From Oscillospiraceae bacterium (GTDB taxonomy: Bacteria > Bacillota > Clostridia > Oscillospirales > Acutalibacteraceae), in the NCBI GenBank assembly GCA_003538135.1, contig DPOR01000005.1, positions 111,470-175,469 on the forward strand: a stretch of DNA of 64,000 nucleotides, read 5' to 3'. How positions within the stretch are numbered: the first letter of the stretch is position 1; each line of letters begins with the position of its first letter. Positions 48,936-58,159 of this stretch are shown here, in pieces. The position numbers and the translations under genes were made by a program. The notes under the pieces are model-generated. The model ran no database searches. It saw only the letters and a program-made list of their open reading frames with translations, and was not told the DNA's origin.

Positions 48936-50339
48936 ATGAAATACGACGTAGTTATCATCGGCGCGGGCCCTGCCGGAATATTCACGGCTATCGAGCTTAT
49001 CCGCAAGGGCGCGAACAAGAAAATAATGATGGTCGAAAAGGGTCAGCCGATCGAAAAGCGCCGCTGCCCCAAATCGAAAACAAACAAGTGCGTCAACTGC
49101 AAGCCCTATTGTCATATCACCACGGGCTTCTCCGGCGCGGGCGCGTTCTCGGACGGCAAGCTGTCGCTGAGCCCCGAGGTCGGCGGTCAGCTCCCTGAGC
49201 TCATAGGCTATGAGACCGCTCAGGAGACAATAGAATATGCCGACAGCATCTACCTCGAGTTCGGTGCGGACACCCATGTTGAGGGCGTCGGCCGCGAGGA
49301 GGAGGTCAAGGAGATAAGAAAGCGCGCCATAAAAGCGGGTCTTCGCCTTGTCGACTGCCCGATACGCCATCTCGGCACGGAGAAGGCGCAGGATATCTAC
49401 TACGCCATCGAGCAGTATCTCATAGAAAACGGCGTCGATATGCTCTTCGGCTACGAGTGCGACAATATAATCCTCGACGGCGACCGCTGCAAGGGCGTCT
49501 ATGTCCGCAAGGGCGAGGAGAACATAGAGATATTCGCGGAGCACACCGTAATAGCGACAGGGCGCCGCGGCGCGGACTGGCTCGAAAAGCTCTGCGCTCA
49601 GCATGATATCTCCCATCAGCCCGGCACAGTCGATATCGGCGTGCGCGTCGAGATAAGAAACGAGATCATGGAGAAGGTCAACGACGTTCTCTACGAGTCG
49701 AAGCTCATCGGCTATCCCAAGCCGTTCAAGAACAAGGTTCGCACGTTCTGCCAGAATCCCGGCGGCTTCGTCAGCCAGGAGAACTACGACAACGACCTCG
49801 CCGTCGTCAACGGACACTCCTACAAGGAGCTCAAGAGCAACAACACGAACCTCGCCATACTCTGCTCCCACAATTTCAATCAGCCGTTCAATCAGCCCAT
49901 TGAATACGCGCAGAAGGTCGGCGAGCTGACAAATATGCTCGGCGCGGGACACATTCTCGTCCAGCGCTACGGCGATATCCTCGACGGCAAGCGCACATGG
50001 CAGAAGGAGCTCGACCGCTCGAACGTCAGACCGACGCTCCCCGATGCCGTCGCGGGCGACATAACCGCCGCCATGCCCTACCGCGCCATGCTCAACATAA
50101 TCAACTTCATCCAGGCCGTGGACTACGTCGTGCCCGGCTTCGCCGCCGAGGAGACGCTGCTCTACTCCCCCGAGCTCAAGTTCTACTCCAACCGCATCAA
50201 GATGGACGAAAACTTCGACACGAACGTCAAGGGACTCCACTGCCTCGGCGATTCGAGCGGCTGGACAAGAGGTCTTATGATGGCCTCCGTCATGGGCGTG
50301 CTCATGGGCAGAAGCATAGCGGACAGATACAAAAAGTAA
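48936..50339 (+). CDS. FAD-dependent protein (COG2509-type NAD(FAD)-utilising dehydrogenase)
   Basis: MKYDVVIIGAGPAGIF (Rossmann GxGxxG); 467 aa. Downstream terminator ACCCCCGGAGA-N9-TCTCCGGGGGT (about 50362-50392). Confidence 0.7.
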   Translation: MKYDVVIIGAGPAGIFTAIELIRKGANKKIMMVEKGQPIEKRRCPKSKTNKCVNCKPYCHITTGFSGAGAFSDGKLSLSPEVGGQLPELIGYETAQETIEYADSIYLEFGADTHVEGVGREEEVKEIRKRAIKAGLRLVDCPIRHLGTEKAQDIYYAIEQYLIENGVDMLFGYECDNIILDGDRCKGVYVRKGEENIEIFAEHTVIATGRRGADWLEKLCAQHDISHQPGTVDIGVRVEIRNEIMEKVNDVLYESKLIGYPKPFKNKVRTFCQNPGGFVSQENYDNDLAVVNGHSYKELKSNNTNLAILCSHNFNQPFNQPIEYAQKVGELTNMLGAGHILVQRYGDILDGKRTWQKELDRSNVRPTLPDAVAGDITAAMPYRAMLNIINFIQAVDYVVPGFAAEETLLYSPELKFYSNRIKMDENFDTNVKGLHCLGDSSGWTRGLMMASVMGVLMGRSIADRYKK

Positions 50340-50508
50340 AGCATATTCATATAAAAAATTACCCCCGGAGATTTTTTCAAGTCTCCGGGGGTTAATTATA
50401 AAAAGCGAAGAGAAAAAACGATTTCTGCCGCTCACGGCAAAGCTGTTTCTTTCGCCCGCATAAAAAACCGCATTGAAAAAGGCACTTGCAACCGCAAGTG
50501 CCTTTTTC

Positions 50509-50593
50509 TGGTGGAAGAGGGTGGATTCGAACCACCGAAGTCGACGACAACAGATTTACAGTCTGCCCCCTTTGGCCACTCGGGAACTCTTCC
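50509..50593 (-). tRNA. tRNA-Tyr (GTA), long variable arm, CCA encoded
   Basis: GGAAGAGTTCCCGAGTGGCCAAAGGGGGCAGACTGTAAATCTGTTGTCGTCGACTTCGGTGGTTCGAATCCACCCTCTTCCACCA. Confidence 0.9.
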
Positions 50594-50622
50594 GTATTCA
50601 CTTCGTTGAGATTGGAAAAAAC

Positions 50623-50698
50623 TGGAGCTGGTGGACGGATTCGAACCCCCGACCTGCTGATTACAAATCAGCTGCTCTACCAGCTGAGCTACACCAGC
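50623..50698 (-). tRNA. tRNA-Thr (TGT), CCA encoded
   Basis: GCTGGTGTAGCTCAGCTGGTAGAGCAGCTGATTTGTAATCAGCAGGTCGGGGGTTCGAATCCGTCCACCAGCTCCA. Confidence 0.9.
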
Positions 50699-50707
50699 GT
50701 CTCAACG

Positions 50708-50738
50708 CTCGACTAATATATCACAAATCGGGCGTTGA
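50708..50738 (-). promoter_or_regulatory. Sigma-A promoter for the tRNA-Thr/tRNA-Tyr operon
   Basis: Reverse strand TTGACT-17-TATATT ending about 8 nt before the tRNA-Thr 5' end. The operon ends at the bidirectional terminator at about 50471-50507. Confidence 0.55.
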
Positions 50739-50774
50739 GTCAAGAGTAAAATCAAAAAAAGTCAAAAAAGTCTG

Positions 50775-51467
50775 TTAATTTCCGCTTCTGAGCAACTCCG
50801 TTAGAACCGCAGCCGAATTCTTTGCGGCAAGGGCGATAAAATTTGAATAATCCATGAAAGATGAGCCGTCCGCCGCATCGGATATGGCGCGGATAACGCA
50901 GAACGGGACTTTGTTCACATAGCAAACCTGACCTATCGCCGCGCCCTCCATTTCGCAGGCTAAGGCGCCGAAGGTCTCCGAAATATATTTCTTCTTCTCT
51001 GCGCTGTTTACAAAGCAGTCGCCCGAGGCAATTTTGCCCTTGACGCATCTGATGCCGCCGACACCCTCGGCTGCGGTGCAGATTTTATCGGCAAGCTCGC
51101 CGTCGGCGGGGATATCGACTATATTTATGCCCGATATCATGCCCACAGGGTCGCCGAGCGGACTCGTGTCCATGTCGTGCTCAACGACATAATCGCTGAC
51201 TACTATATCGCCTATATTGAGGCTCGTGCTCAGGCTTCCGGCGACGCCTGTGTTTATTATCCTGTCGGGAGAATAGAGCAAGATCATAGTCTGAGCGCAC
51301 ATCGCCGCGAACACCTTGCCTATTCCGCAAACAGCGGTAACTACCTCGCGCCCGCAGAGCGTGCCGCTCGTGAACTCGATGCCGCTGACTGTCCTTGTCT
51401 GCCTGTTCTCCATCTGCGCGTTGAGCGCCTCTATCTCGATTTTCATCGCTCCGATTATTCCGGTCAT
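50775..51467 (-). CDS. mtnN: 5'-methylthioadenosine/S-adenosylhomocysteine nucleosidase
   Basis: Trimmed to MTGIIGAMKIEIEAL (AAAGGAGA RBS). PNP/UDP-phosphorylase fold; ...CEMEGAAIGQV. Confidence 0.85.
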   Translation of the reverse strand: MTGIIGAMKIEIEALNAQMENRQTRTVSGIEFTSGTLCGREVVTAVCGIGKVFAAMCAQTMILLYSPDRIINTGVAGSLSTSLNIGDIVVSDYVVEHDMDTSPLGDPVGMISGINIVDIPADGELADKICTAAEGVGGIRCVKGKIASGDCFVNSAEKKKYISETFGALACEMEGAAIGQVCYVNKVPFCVIRAISDAADGSSFMDYSNFIALAAKNSAAVLTELLRSGN

Positions 51468-51480
51468 GGCTGTCTCCTTT

Positions 51481-51936
51481 TTACTCCGTGGGATATTTGA
51501 AATCCTGCTCGCGGCTCTCGAGCTCTTTGAGATAACGTGCCGCCTCTTTGTGCGCCGCCTCGATGCTGAGCTCCTTATAGTTGCCGCACTCCTTGCGCGA
51601 TGCACCGAACATCTCCGGTGCGTCAATAGTCTTTCTCAGCGCCTCTTTGACTTTTTCGAGCGCGCGCTCATGGTTCTGCGTGCGCATGAGCAGATAAAAT
51701 CCCGTGCGGCAGCCCATGGGGCCGAAGTATATGACATCTTCCGCCGCGTCCGAATTGCGCAGGAACGTTGCGAGCATATGCTCCATAGAATGCATGGTGA
51801 CATTGTCCATATAGTCGCCGCAGTTCGGCTTGCGGGTGCGAAGATCGTATGTCGTTATGTCGCCGTCGATACGCGAGACGTACATCCCCGGAACTATATA
51901 GTCGTGGTCGACGGAAAAGCTGGTTATTCGCTGCAT
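51481..51936 (-). CDS. luxS: S-ribosylhomocysteine lyase
   Basis: HSMEHMLATF (HxxEH metal motif); 151 aa. Upstream TTGAAT-17-TGgTATAAT promoter (about 51969-51997). Confidence 0.9.
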   Translation of the reverse strand: MQRITSFSVDHDYIVPGMYVSRIDGDITTYDLRTRKPNCGDYMDNVTMHSMEHMLATFLRNSDAAEDVIYFGPMGCRTGFYLLMRTQNHERALEKVKEALRKTIDAPEMFGASRKECGNYKELSIEAAHKEAARYLKELESREQDFKYPTE

Positions 51937-52295
51937 AAAAAAGGGCCTCCTTTTCTCAGGCAGATGAAATTATACCACACGTTGCCCGTATATTCAATGT
52001 ATATAATCGCCCGGAGCGGTAAAAATAAGTCTAAAGTAGGGCTTTAAACGGGAATCTTCTTTTTTGAGGACATCGCGGCCGGGCTTATCGCAAAAAGACT
52101 CGAAATTTTTACCAAACGATATTTTTCTGTTGACTCTTGACGCACATTCGTGTAGAATGATGGAGCAGTATATTTTACACAGATTTTACAATAGAACTCT
52201 GAAAAGAGTTGTTTATTTCCGCGAAAGCTTGAGAAGCTCCGCCCTGCCCTTTTCCCGGGGCAAAAAAGGAGCGGCTTTCCCTGTTCGGGTGAACC

Positions 52296-53126
52296 ATGAA
52301 AAGAAACGATAAAATAACAGTTATAACCTGCGCGGCGGCATTCGCTCTGAATGTCGCTCTGTTTTCCGTTAAGCTCTATGTCGGTCTGAGCGCAAACAGC
52401 ATCAGCATATATTCGGACGCCGTGAACAATATGTTCGACAGCCTGTCGGGACTCGCGGCGTTTATTTGCTTTGCCGCCCTGCTGAGCTCGACGAGCGAGG
52501 CTGCGCGCGCGATAATCAAAAAGTCCGAGCAGTTTTTCTCGTTCGTGATGTCGGTGATAATACTTCTTACCGGCCTTTATTTCGCATATAATTCGCTCGA
52601 GAGACTGTTCTATCCCACACCTATATCATATCTCACGCACTATCTCGTGCTGCTGATGATAACAGTCGCAGTGAAGCTCATTATGTTCTTCGCCTACCGC
52701 GGCGTTTACCGCGTCACGGGCTCGCCGATAATAAAAGTCATGGCGGCGGACAGCCTACTCGACTGCTTCATTACCCTCGCCACCGTAATGAGCCTCACCG
52801 TGTCGCAGTATGCCGAGTTCGCTATAGACGCGGTGTTCGGCATAGTTATAAGCATAGCGCTCATTATCTCCGCGCTGAAGCTCGCCAAGAAGTCCGGCGC
52901 CGTCATGCTCGACTTTGTCGGGAGCGAAAAGCGCGAGGAAACAGAGGAAATATTTTCGTCGCTCGGCGTTGAGGTCGAATATATCACCTACCGCCGCACG
53001 GGGACGGAGACCGAGGCATTTGTAAAGCCCGTATTCCCCGAAAACTCGGACGAGGACAAAATAACGCAAACGCTCGTCACTGCCTGCAAAGAAAAAGGCG
53101 TGACCCTGCACATATTAAAGATCTGA
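52296..53126 (+). CDS. Cation-diffusion-facilitator-like membrane protein (metal-ligand His not conserved)
   Basis: 6 TM plus C-terminal cytoplasmic domain. CDF TM2/TM5 motifs read SDAVNNMFD and ADSLLDCF (no His). Confidence 0.6.
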   Translation: MKRNDKITVITCAAAFALNVALFSVKLYVGLSANSISIYSDAVNNMFDSLSGLAAFICFAALLSSTSEAARAIIKKSEQFFSFVMSVIILLTGLYFAYNSLERLFYPTPISYLTHYLVLLMITVAVKLIMFFAYRGVYRVTGSPIIKVMAADSLLDCFITLATVMSLTVSQYAEFAIDAVFGIVISIALIISALKLAKKSGAVMLDFVGSEKREETEEIFSSLGVEVEYITYRRTGTETEAFVKPVFPENSDEDKITQTLVTACKEKGVTLHILKI

Positions 53127-53148
53127 GGAGTCATGAAAGGAGAAAAAA

Positions 53149-54429
53149 ATGAAAGAAAAGAAGCAAAAAGACCCCGGGAAGAAAAAAACAGCCCGCATCG
53201 TCGTAGGCTCGATATTCGGCGTTTTCGCGCTGTTCGTGCTGACCGTCGTTATGATAACGGTTATCGGCAACAAGGCGCTTATCAAGCGCGCAAAGAGCTA
53301 TGACCCCGCGGTAATCGAGAATCAGCTCGTGCCCGAAAAGGACGAAAACGGCTACTGGACCTTCACCACCGACAGAGACCTCAAGGTCATGCAGCTGACC
53401 GACATACATATCGGCGGCGGCTGGCTCTCTCTCAAGCAGGACTCGCAGGCGCTCAACGCGGTAGCCACGATGATCCAGGCGGAGAAGCCCGACCTCGTAG
53501 TTGTTACGGGCGACATGGCGTTCCCTGTTTTCTTCAAGGCAGGCACATTCAATAATCTCTTGTCCGCCAAGGAGTTCGCCGCGCTCATGGAGAGACTCGG
53601 CGTATATTGGACGGTCGCCTTCGGCAACCACGATTCCGAGATCTACAGCTACTACTCCCGCGAGAAGGTCGCAGACTTCTACGGCAGCCCGGAATTCAAA
53701 TACTGCCTGTTCCAAAAGGGACCCGACGACGTTGACGGCTACGGCAACCAGATAATAAACGTCAAGAACTCCAAGGGACTGCTCACTCAGTCGATTTACA
53801 TATTCGACAGCCACTCCTACACCGACGGCGACTACTTCGGAATAATGTGGAAGTACGACAACATCCACGACAATCAGATAGAGTGGTACAGAGACAACGT
53901 AAATCTTATGAACAAGCAGAACAACGCGCGTCTCAAGGAGCTGGGTATGCCCGAGGATTCGGATGTCAAGTCCATAGCCTTCCTCCACATTCCGCTCCCG
54001 GAGCTGCGCACCGCGTGGTACGAATACATGGCTAACGGCTTTAAGGATACCGAGGATGTCAAGTATGTCTACGGCAAGGCCGGTGAGGGCAAGAAGATAA
54101 TCTACTGCGGTCAGCGCCAGGACAATCTGTTCAAGACCATGCAGGAGCTCGGCTCGACAAAGGGCATCTTCTACGGACACGACCATGACAACAACTTCTC
54201 CATTTACTACAAGGGCATTCGAATGACCTACAGCTACAGCGTCGACTACCTCGCCTACTCGGGAATCAACAAGCGCGGCTCACAGCGCGGCTGCACGATA
54301 ATAACCCTTTCCCCCGACGGCACCTTCGACTGCAAGGCCGAGAACTACTATCAGGATAAGTATCAGAGTCAGTTCGGAAAAGAAGAGGTCACCATGCAGG
54401 AGGTCACCGAGGCTTCGACCCACCTTTAA
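53149..54429 (+). CDS. Membrane-anchored metallophosphoesterase (calcineurin-like)
   Basis: N-terminal TM; GDMAF, GNHD, GHDHDN metallophosphatase motifs. Confidence 0.8.
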   Translation: MKEKKQKDPGKKKTARIVVGSIFGVFALFVLTVVMITVIGNKALIKRAKSYDPAVIENQLVPEKDENGYWTFTTDRDLKVMQLTDIHIGGGWLSLKQDSQALNAVATMIQAEKPDLVVVTGDMAFPVFFKAGTFNNLLSAKEFAALMERLGVYWTVAFGNHDSEIYSYYSREKVADFYGSPEFKYCLFQKGPDDVDGYGNQIINVKNSKGLLTQSIYIFDSHSYTDGDYFGIMWKYDNIHDNQIEWYRDNVNLMNKQNNARLKELGMPEDSDVKSIAFLHIPLPELRTAWYEYMANGFKDTEDVKYVYGKAGEGKKIIYCGQRQDNLFKTMQELGSTKGIFYGHDHDNNFSIYYKGIRMTYSYSVDYLAYSGINKRGSQRGCTIITLSPDGTFDCKAENYYQDKYQSQFGKEEVTMQEVTEASTHL

Positions 54430-54463
54430 TATACCGCCCGCAGGCCTATAAGCATAAAAAAGC

Positions 54464-54513
54464 AATCCTACCCGAGGAACATCCCTTGGGTAGGATTTTT
54501 GTGTATACGGCAC
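54464..54513 (+). terminator. Terminator-containing repeat module E, second copy
   Basis: AATCCTACCCgaggaacatcccttGGGTAGGATTTTTgtgtatacggc. Confidence 0.7.
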
Positions 54514-54584
54514 GGCGAAGCGGAGATTTAGGGTTGTTGTCCGGGGTTGCCGATTTTTCCTTGTTTTTTTATTTTTAGATGTCC

Positions 54585-54993
54585 TTTTGTAGGGGTCGGC
54601 GACTCGACGACCCTTTGACGCGCCAGCGGCACGATGTTAGACTATAAAATTTTTACCCTCTGCCTTCGCTACCTACCTTAACTAAATATTTTATCTCTTA
54701 CAGCGTTTCGGCATTTTCTTTTTATTTGAAAAAGAAAACGCCTGCAAAAGAAAAGCAAACTCAGGGCTTCGCCCCGAGACCCCGCGAACGCCGCGCCGCA
54801 GTACATAGGTTTCTCTTCTCAGTAGGCAGCTCGGCACATTCGCCCGCAAACGCGCTGGAGCTTGAACGAGTGCGGGCTCGTGCGGCTTGCGTTGCAAGCC
54901 GTCCCCTCGCGTCCTCAGTTAGCTTGTTCCACTGCGACGCGGCTATTGGTGGCTTGTTCCTCATAATTTATCAAGTCGCTTGCTTTACCTTTT
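54585..54993 (+). repeat. Large inverted repeat, copy 1 (unit B variant plus ~370-bp GC-rich body)
   Basis: Aligns base-for-base (with a ~140-bp indel) to the reverse complement of 62026-62546: ttttgtaggggtcggcgactcgacgaccctttg...cggcacgatgtta...ctcagggcttcgccccgagaccccgcgaacgccgcgccgcagtacata...tttatcaagtcgcttgctttacctttt. Confidence 0.85.
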
Positions 54994-55133
54994 GCGAATC
55001 TCCTCATTAGTATTTTTCGTGTTCTACGGATTTAGAATAGCCGTAAATACCGCATAAACCGCAAGCGGATGATATTTCCCCTACACGGTTAAATATACAT
55101 CAGCCTCTGTATTTTCTGTAGCCGAACAAAGTT

Positions 55134-55178
55134 CACCCTGCGGTATACCTCTTGCAGCTGCGCTGTATCTTCCGATTT
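55134..55178 (+). repeat. Repeat module D-like copy
   Basis: caccctgcggtatacctcttgcagctgcgctgtatcttccgattt vs cccctacggtgtaccgcttgcaattgcgccgcaactcccgattt. Confidence 0.5.
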
Positions 55179-55202
55179 GTCCCCCTCTTTCCCGCACCGC
55201 AC

Positions 55203-55242
55203 ATAAAAATCCTGCCCGACAACGCCGCGGACAGGATTCTGT
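55203..55242 (-). terminator. Intrinsic terminator of the 2-hydroxyacid dehydrogenase gene
   Basis: Reverse strand ATCCTGTCCGCGGCGTTGTCGGGCAGGAT plus TTTTTATGTG. Confidence 0.6.
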
Positions 55243-55271
55243 TCTTCCGAAACCACGGGGCGTGTTCTCTT

Positions 55272-56213
55272 TCAGTAGCCTCGGACGAAATCTATTTCAT
55301 TGATTATCTCCTCGCCCGAGATGTAGCGGCGCAGGTTTTCGAGACAGATGTCCCATATCTTTCTCTCGGTCGCCGGGTCGTGACCGAAGCCGCGCCCTGA
55401 TATGTGCGGCGTTATCAGCACATTCGGCATACTCCACAGCGGGGAATCCGCCGCGAGCGGCTCTTTTTCGAGCACGTCCAATACCGCGCCCGCTATCCGC
55501 CTCTCCTCAAGTGCACGCGTGAGCGCGGGAGTGTCGATGAGGCTTCCTCTGCCGACGTTTATAAGCAGCGCGTCACTTTTCATCAGGGCGAATTTTTTGC
55601 CGTCCAAAATATGTCCCGTCTCTTTAGTGTTCGGCAGGCAGCCTATTATCAAATCCGCTTGCGGCAGCAGGCTGTCGAGGTTCGAGAGGGTGTGTATCTC
55701 TTCAAAATATTGCGCGGGAGCGCCCGTTCTGCGAACGCCGATATTTTTTGTCCCGAACGCGGATAAGCGCTTTGCGACGTTCGAGCCTATGTCGCCCGTG
55801 CCGAGAATGAGCGCAGTCTTGCCCTCGAGAGTGCGCTCCGCTCCCGCATCGCGCCAGAGCGCCGAGCGCTGATTTTCGATATATTCGGGAAACCGCCTGT
55901 ACAGGCAAAGCACAGCGCCGACAACATATTCGGAAATGACTCCGCCGAACGCACCGGACGCAGTCGCGAGCCTTATCCCCTGCGGAAAAGCGCCGTCGCA
56001 GGTGTATATATCCGCGCCCGCCCAGGTCATCTGAATAAATTTCAGGCTTTTCGCCTGTCGTATTTTTTCCGTGCGCGGCTCGCCTATAACCGCTTCGGCG
56101 TCGCCTATATCGCTTTTTCTGTCTCCAAAAGAAAATACGCAGCTGTTTTCAAACTCCCTTAGCCGCCGTTTAACTTCGTCGCTGCACGGTGCGGTTATCA
56201 GAACCTCTGTCAT
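55272..56213 (-). CDS. D-isomer-specific 2-hydroxyacid dehydrogenase family protein
   Basis: NAD-binding GTGDIGSNVAKRL; catalytic region ...ITPHISG... Confidence 0.8.
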   Translation of the reverse strand: MTEVLITAPCSDEVKRRLREFENSCVFSFGDRKSDIGDAEAVIGEPRTEKIRQAKSLKFIQMTWAGADIYTCDGAFPQGIRLATASGAFGGVISEYVVGAVLCLYRRFPEYIENQRSALWRDAGAERTLEGKTALILGTGDIGSNVAKRLSAFGTKNIGVRRTGAPAQYFEEIHTLSNLDSLLPQADLIIGCLPNTKETGHILDGKKFALMKSDALLINVGRGSLIDTPALTRALEERRIAGAVLDVLEKEPLAADSPLWSMPNVLITPHISGRGFGHDPATERKIWDICLENLRRYISGEEIINEIDFVRGY

Positions 56214-56282
56214 GCGATCACCTCATTGAATTTTATGCATGCCGATAAAATTTATCCCCCCGCGGTGCGGAGGGATTTTTTA

Positions 56283-57152
56283 TCAGTCGCCCAGGCTCTT
56301 GAGCGCGTCTGCCAGGCGGGACAGATCCTCTTTGTCGAAGAAATCTATCTCGAGCACTCCGCTCTCCTTGCCGGGCTTCGTGCCGACCTTGACCTTTCTT
56401 CCGAGGAAGTCGGTCAGGGCGAGTTCTACTTCATCGTAGTAGCTCGCACGGCGGGTGGCGGGCTTCTCCGCCTTGGGCTCTTTATTTCTTTTTTTGACTA
56501 ATTTTTCAACATCGCGGACGGTCAGTCCCTTTTCGATGACTATATCCGCCGTCTCGATTATGTCCTGCTCATCCCTGAAGCCGAGCAGGGCGCGGGCGTG
56601 ACCGGGCGAGAGCTTGCCGTCCGAGACGAGCGCAATGACGCTGTCCGGAAGCTTTAACAGTCTCAGCGCGTTCGCTATCGCGGGGCGGGACTTGCCTACG
56701 CGCTCCGCCGCCTCATCCTGAGTTAAGGAGAGCGTGTCCATGAGCGCTTTTATGCCCTGCGCCTCTTCAATCGCGTTGAGGTCCTCGCGCTGGAGATTTT
56801 CAATCAGGGCGAGAGCCATAGCCTCGTCGTCGCTGAGCTCTTTTATAACGACGGGAACCTCCGTCAGCCCCGCCATGCGCGAGGCGCGCCAGCGGCGTTC
56901 GCCGGCGACGAGCTGATAGCTGCCGTCGGGCATCGGGCGCACAAGAAGCGGCTGAATGACTCCGTGCTTCGCTATGCTGTCCGCAAGCTCGGCGAGCGCA
57001 TCCTCGTCGAAAACTTTTCTCGGCTGGTCGCGGTTGGGCTCGATGTCCATAGTCTTGAGCTTGACCGCTCCGGTCGAAGATATCTCTTCAATTGAGTTGT
57101 CGGCAAACAGGGCGTCAAGCCCGCGGCCGAGTCCGCCTTTTTTTGCTGCCAT
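56283..57152 (-). CDS. spo0J: Chromosome partitioning protein ParB/Spo0J
   Basis: GLGRGLDALF...IQPLLVRP...GERRWRAS (ParB box); HTH; trimmed to MAAKKGG. Confidence 0.9.
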   Translation of the reverse strand: MAAKKGGLGRGLDALFADNSIEEISSTGAVKLKTMDIEPNRDQPRKVFDEDALAELADSIAKHGVIQPLLVRPMPDGSYQLVAGERRWRASRMAGLTEVPVVIKELSDDEAMALALIENLQREDLNAIEEAQGIKALMDTLSLTQDEAAERVGKSRPAIANALRLLKLPDSVIALVSDGKLSPGHARALLGFRDEQDIIETADIVIEKGLTVRDVEKLVKKRNKEPKAEKPATRRASYYDEVELALTDFLGRKVKVGTKPGKESGVLEIDFFDKEDLSRLADALKSLGD

Positions 57153-57171
57153 TTGTGTCCTCCCCTTTCGC

Positions 57172-57948
57172 TCAGTCAGCATTCTTTCCGTTGAGTCTCA
57201 GGAACTCGTCGGCAAAGTCGTTATATGCGCTCGTGCCCTTGGAGCTCCTGTCATAGTACATTATCGGCTGCCCGAAGCTCGGCGCCTCTGAGAGTCTGAC
57301 GTTTCTCGGAATGACAGAGGAATAGACCTTCTTGGGGAAGAAGCGCTTGACCTCGTCCACGACCTGCTGAGTGAGATTGAGTCTGCCGTCGTACATCGTG
57401 AGCAGAACGCCCTCTATCTCTATCATCGGGTTATATAATCTCTTTACCTGCCTGACTGTCGACATAAGCTGTGACAGACCCTCGAGCGCGTAGTATTCAC
57501 ACTGGATAGGCACCATGACAGTGTCCGACGCGCACAGGGCATTGAGGGTAATAAGTCCGAGCGAGGGCGGGCAGTCGAAGAATATAAAGTCGAAATCCGC
57601 CTTAACGGGAGCTATTGCCGTTTTGAGTCTGCTCTCGCGGCGATCCATGTCAACGAGCTCAAGCTCCGCGCCGGCGAGCGCCATGTTTGACGGCAGCACC
57701 CAGACGTTATCGTATTCGCTCTCTATGATAACATCTTTGGCAGGGACGGAGTTTATCATCACATCGTAAGCCGACTGATCGAGAGCGCGCTTGTTTATGC
57801 CCAGTCCGCTTGTCGCGTTGCCCTGCGGGTCAATGTCCGCAAGGAGAACCTTATACCCTTTGTCGCCGACGGCAGCCGCGAGGTTGACCGCCGAGGTCGT
57901 CTTGCCGACGCCGCCCTTCTGATTGACTATTGCAATAACCTTTCCCAA
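57172..57948 (-). CDS. soj: Chromosome partitioning ATPase ParA/Soj
   Basis: TTG start (GGAG RBS) giving (M)GKVIAIVNQKGGVGKTTSAVNLAAA. The long ORF-track N-extension is rejected because it runs through the parS site. Confidence 0.85.
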   Translation of the reverse strand: MGKVIAIVNQKGGVGKTTSAVNLAAAVGDKGYKVLLADIDPQGNATSGLGINKRALDQSAYDVMINSVPAKDVIIESEYDNVWVLPSNMALAGAELELVDMDRRESRLKTAIAPVKADFDFIFFDCPPSLGLITLNALCASDTVMVPIQCEYYALEGLSQLMSTVRQVKRLYNPMIEIEGVLLTMYDGRLNLTQQVVDEVKRFFPKKVYSSVIPRNVRLSEAPSFGQPIMYYDRSSKGTSAYNDFADEFLRLNGKNAD

Positions 57949-58039
57949 AACGAAGACTCCTTTGCCTTTTTCGGCCAAAAATACTGCAAAAATTATACCA
58001 CAACGCCCCGAAAAGGTCAATCGGAATATTGTACAGCGA

Positions 58040-58055
58040 TGTTTCACGTGAAACA
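58040..58055. promoter_or_regulatory. parS centromere-like site (TGTTTCACGTGAAACA)
   Basis: Perfect 16-bp palindrome matching the Firmicute parS consensus tGTTNCACGTGAAACa, between noc and soj. Confidence 0.8.
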
Positions 58056-58159
58056 TTGAAACAGCAAAGCGGCAGGTTTTATATAAAAACCTGCCGCCCT
58101 GCCGTGATGTGGGGTGTGAAAGAGAAAGATATGGTAATGGGAGATTGTCTGTTTTATGC

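Noticed and set aside
54726-55010. ORF-track ORF MKKKTPAKEKQTQGFAPRPRERRAAVH... (94 aa), and its counterpart 61999-62403 (134 aa) on the other strand
   Set aside because: Both lie inside the two copies of the large inverted repeat. The copies differ by indels that change the downstream reading frame and length. Composition is Arg/Ala-rich as expected from translating GC-rich non-coding DNA, with no RBS. Treated as repeat, not gene.
54430-55271. Possible oriC in the repeat-rich spacers flanking the par/gid cluster
   Set aside because: No DnaA-box matches (TTATCCACA/TGTGGATAA) found on inspection; closest are 1-2 mismatch singletons (e.g. TTATCCGCC at about 62130). In Firmicutes oriC flanks dnaA, which is not in this window.
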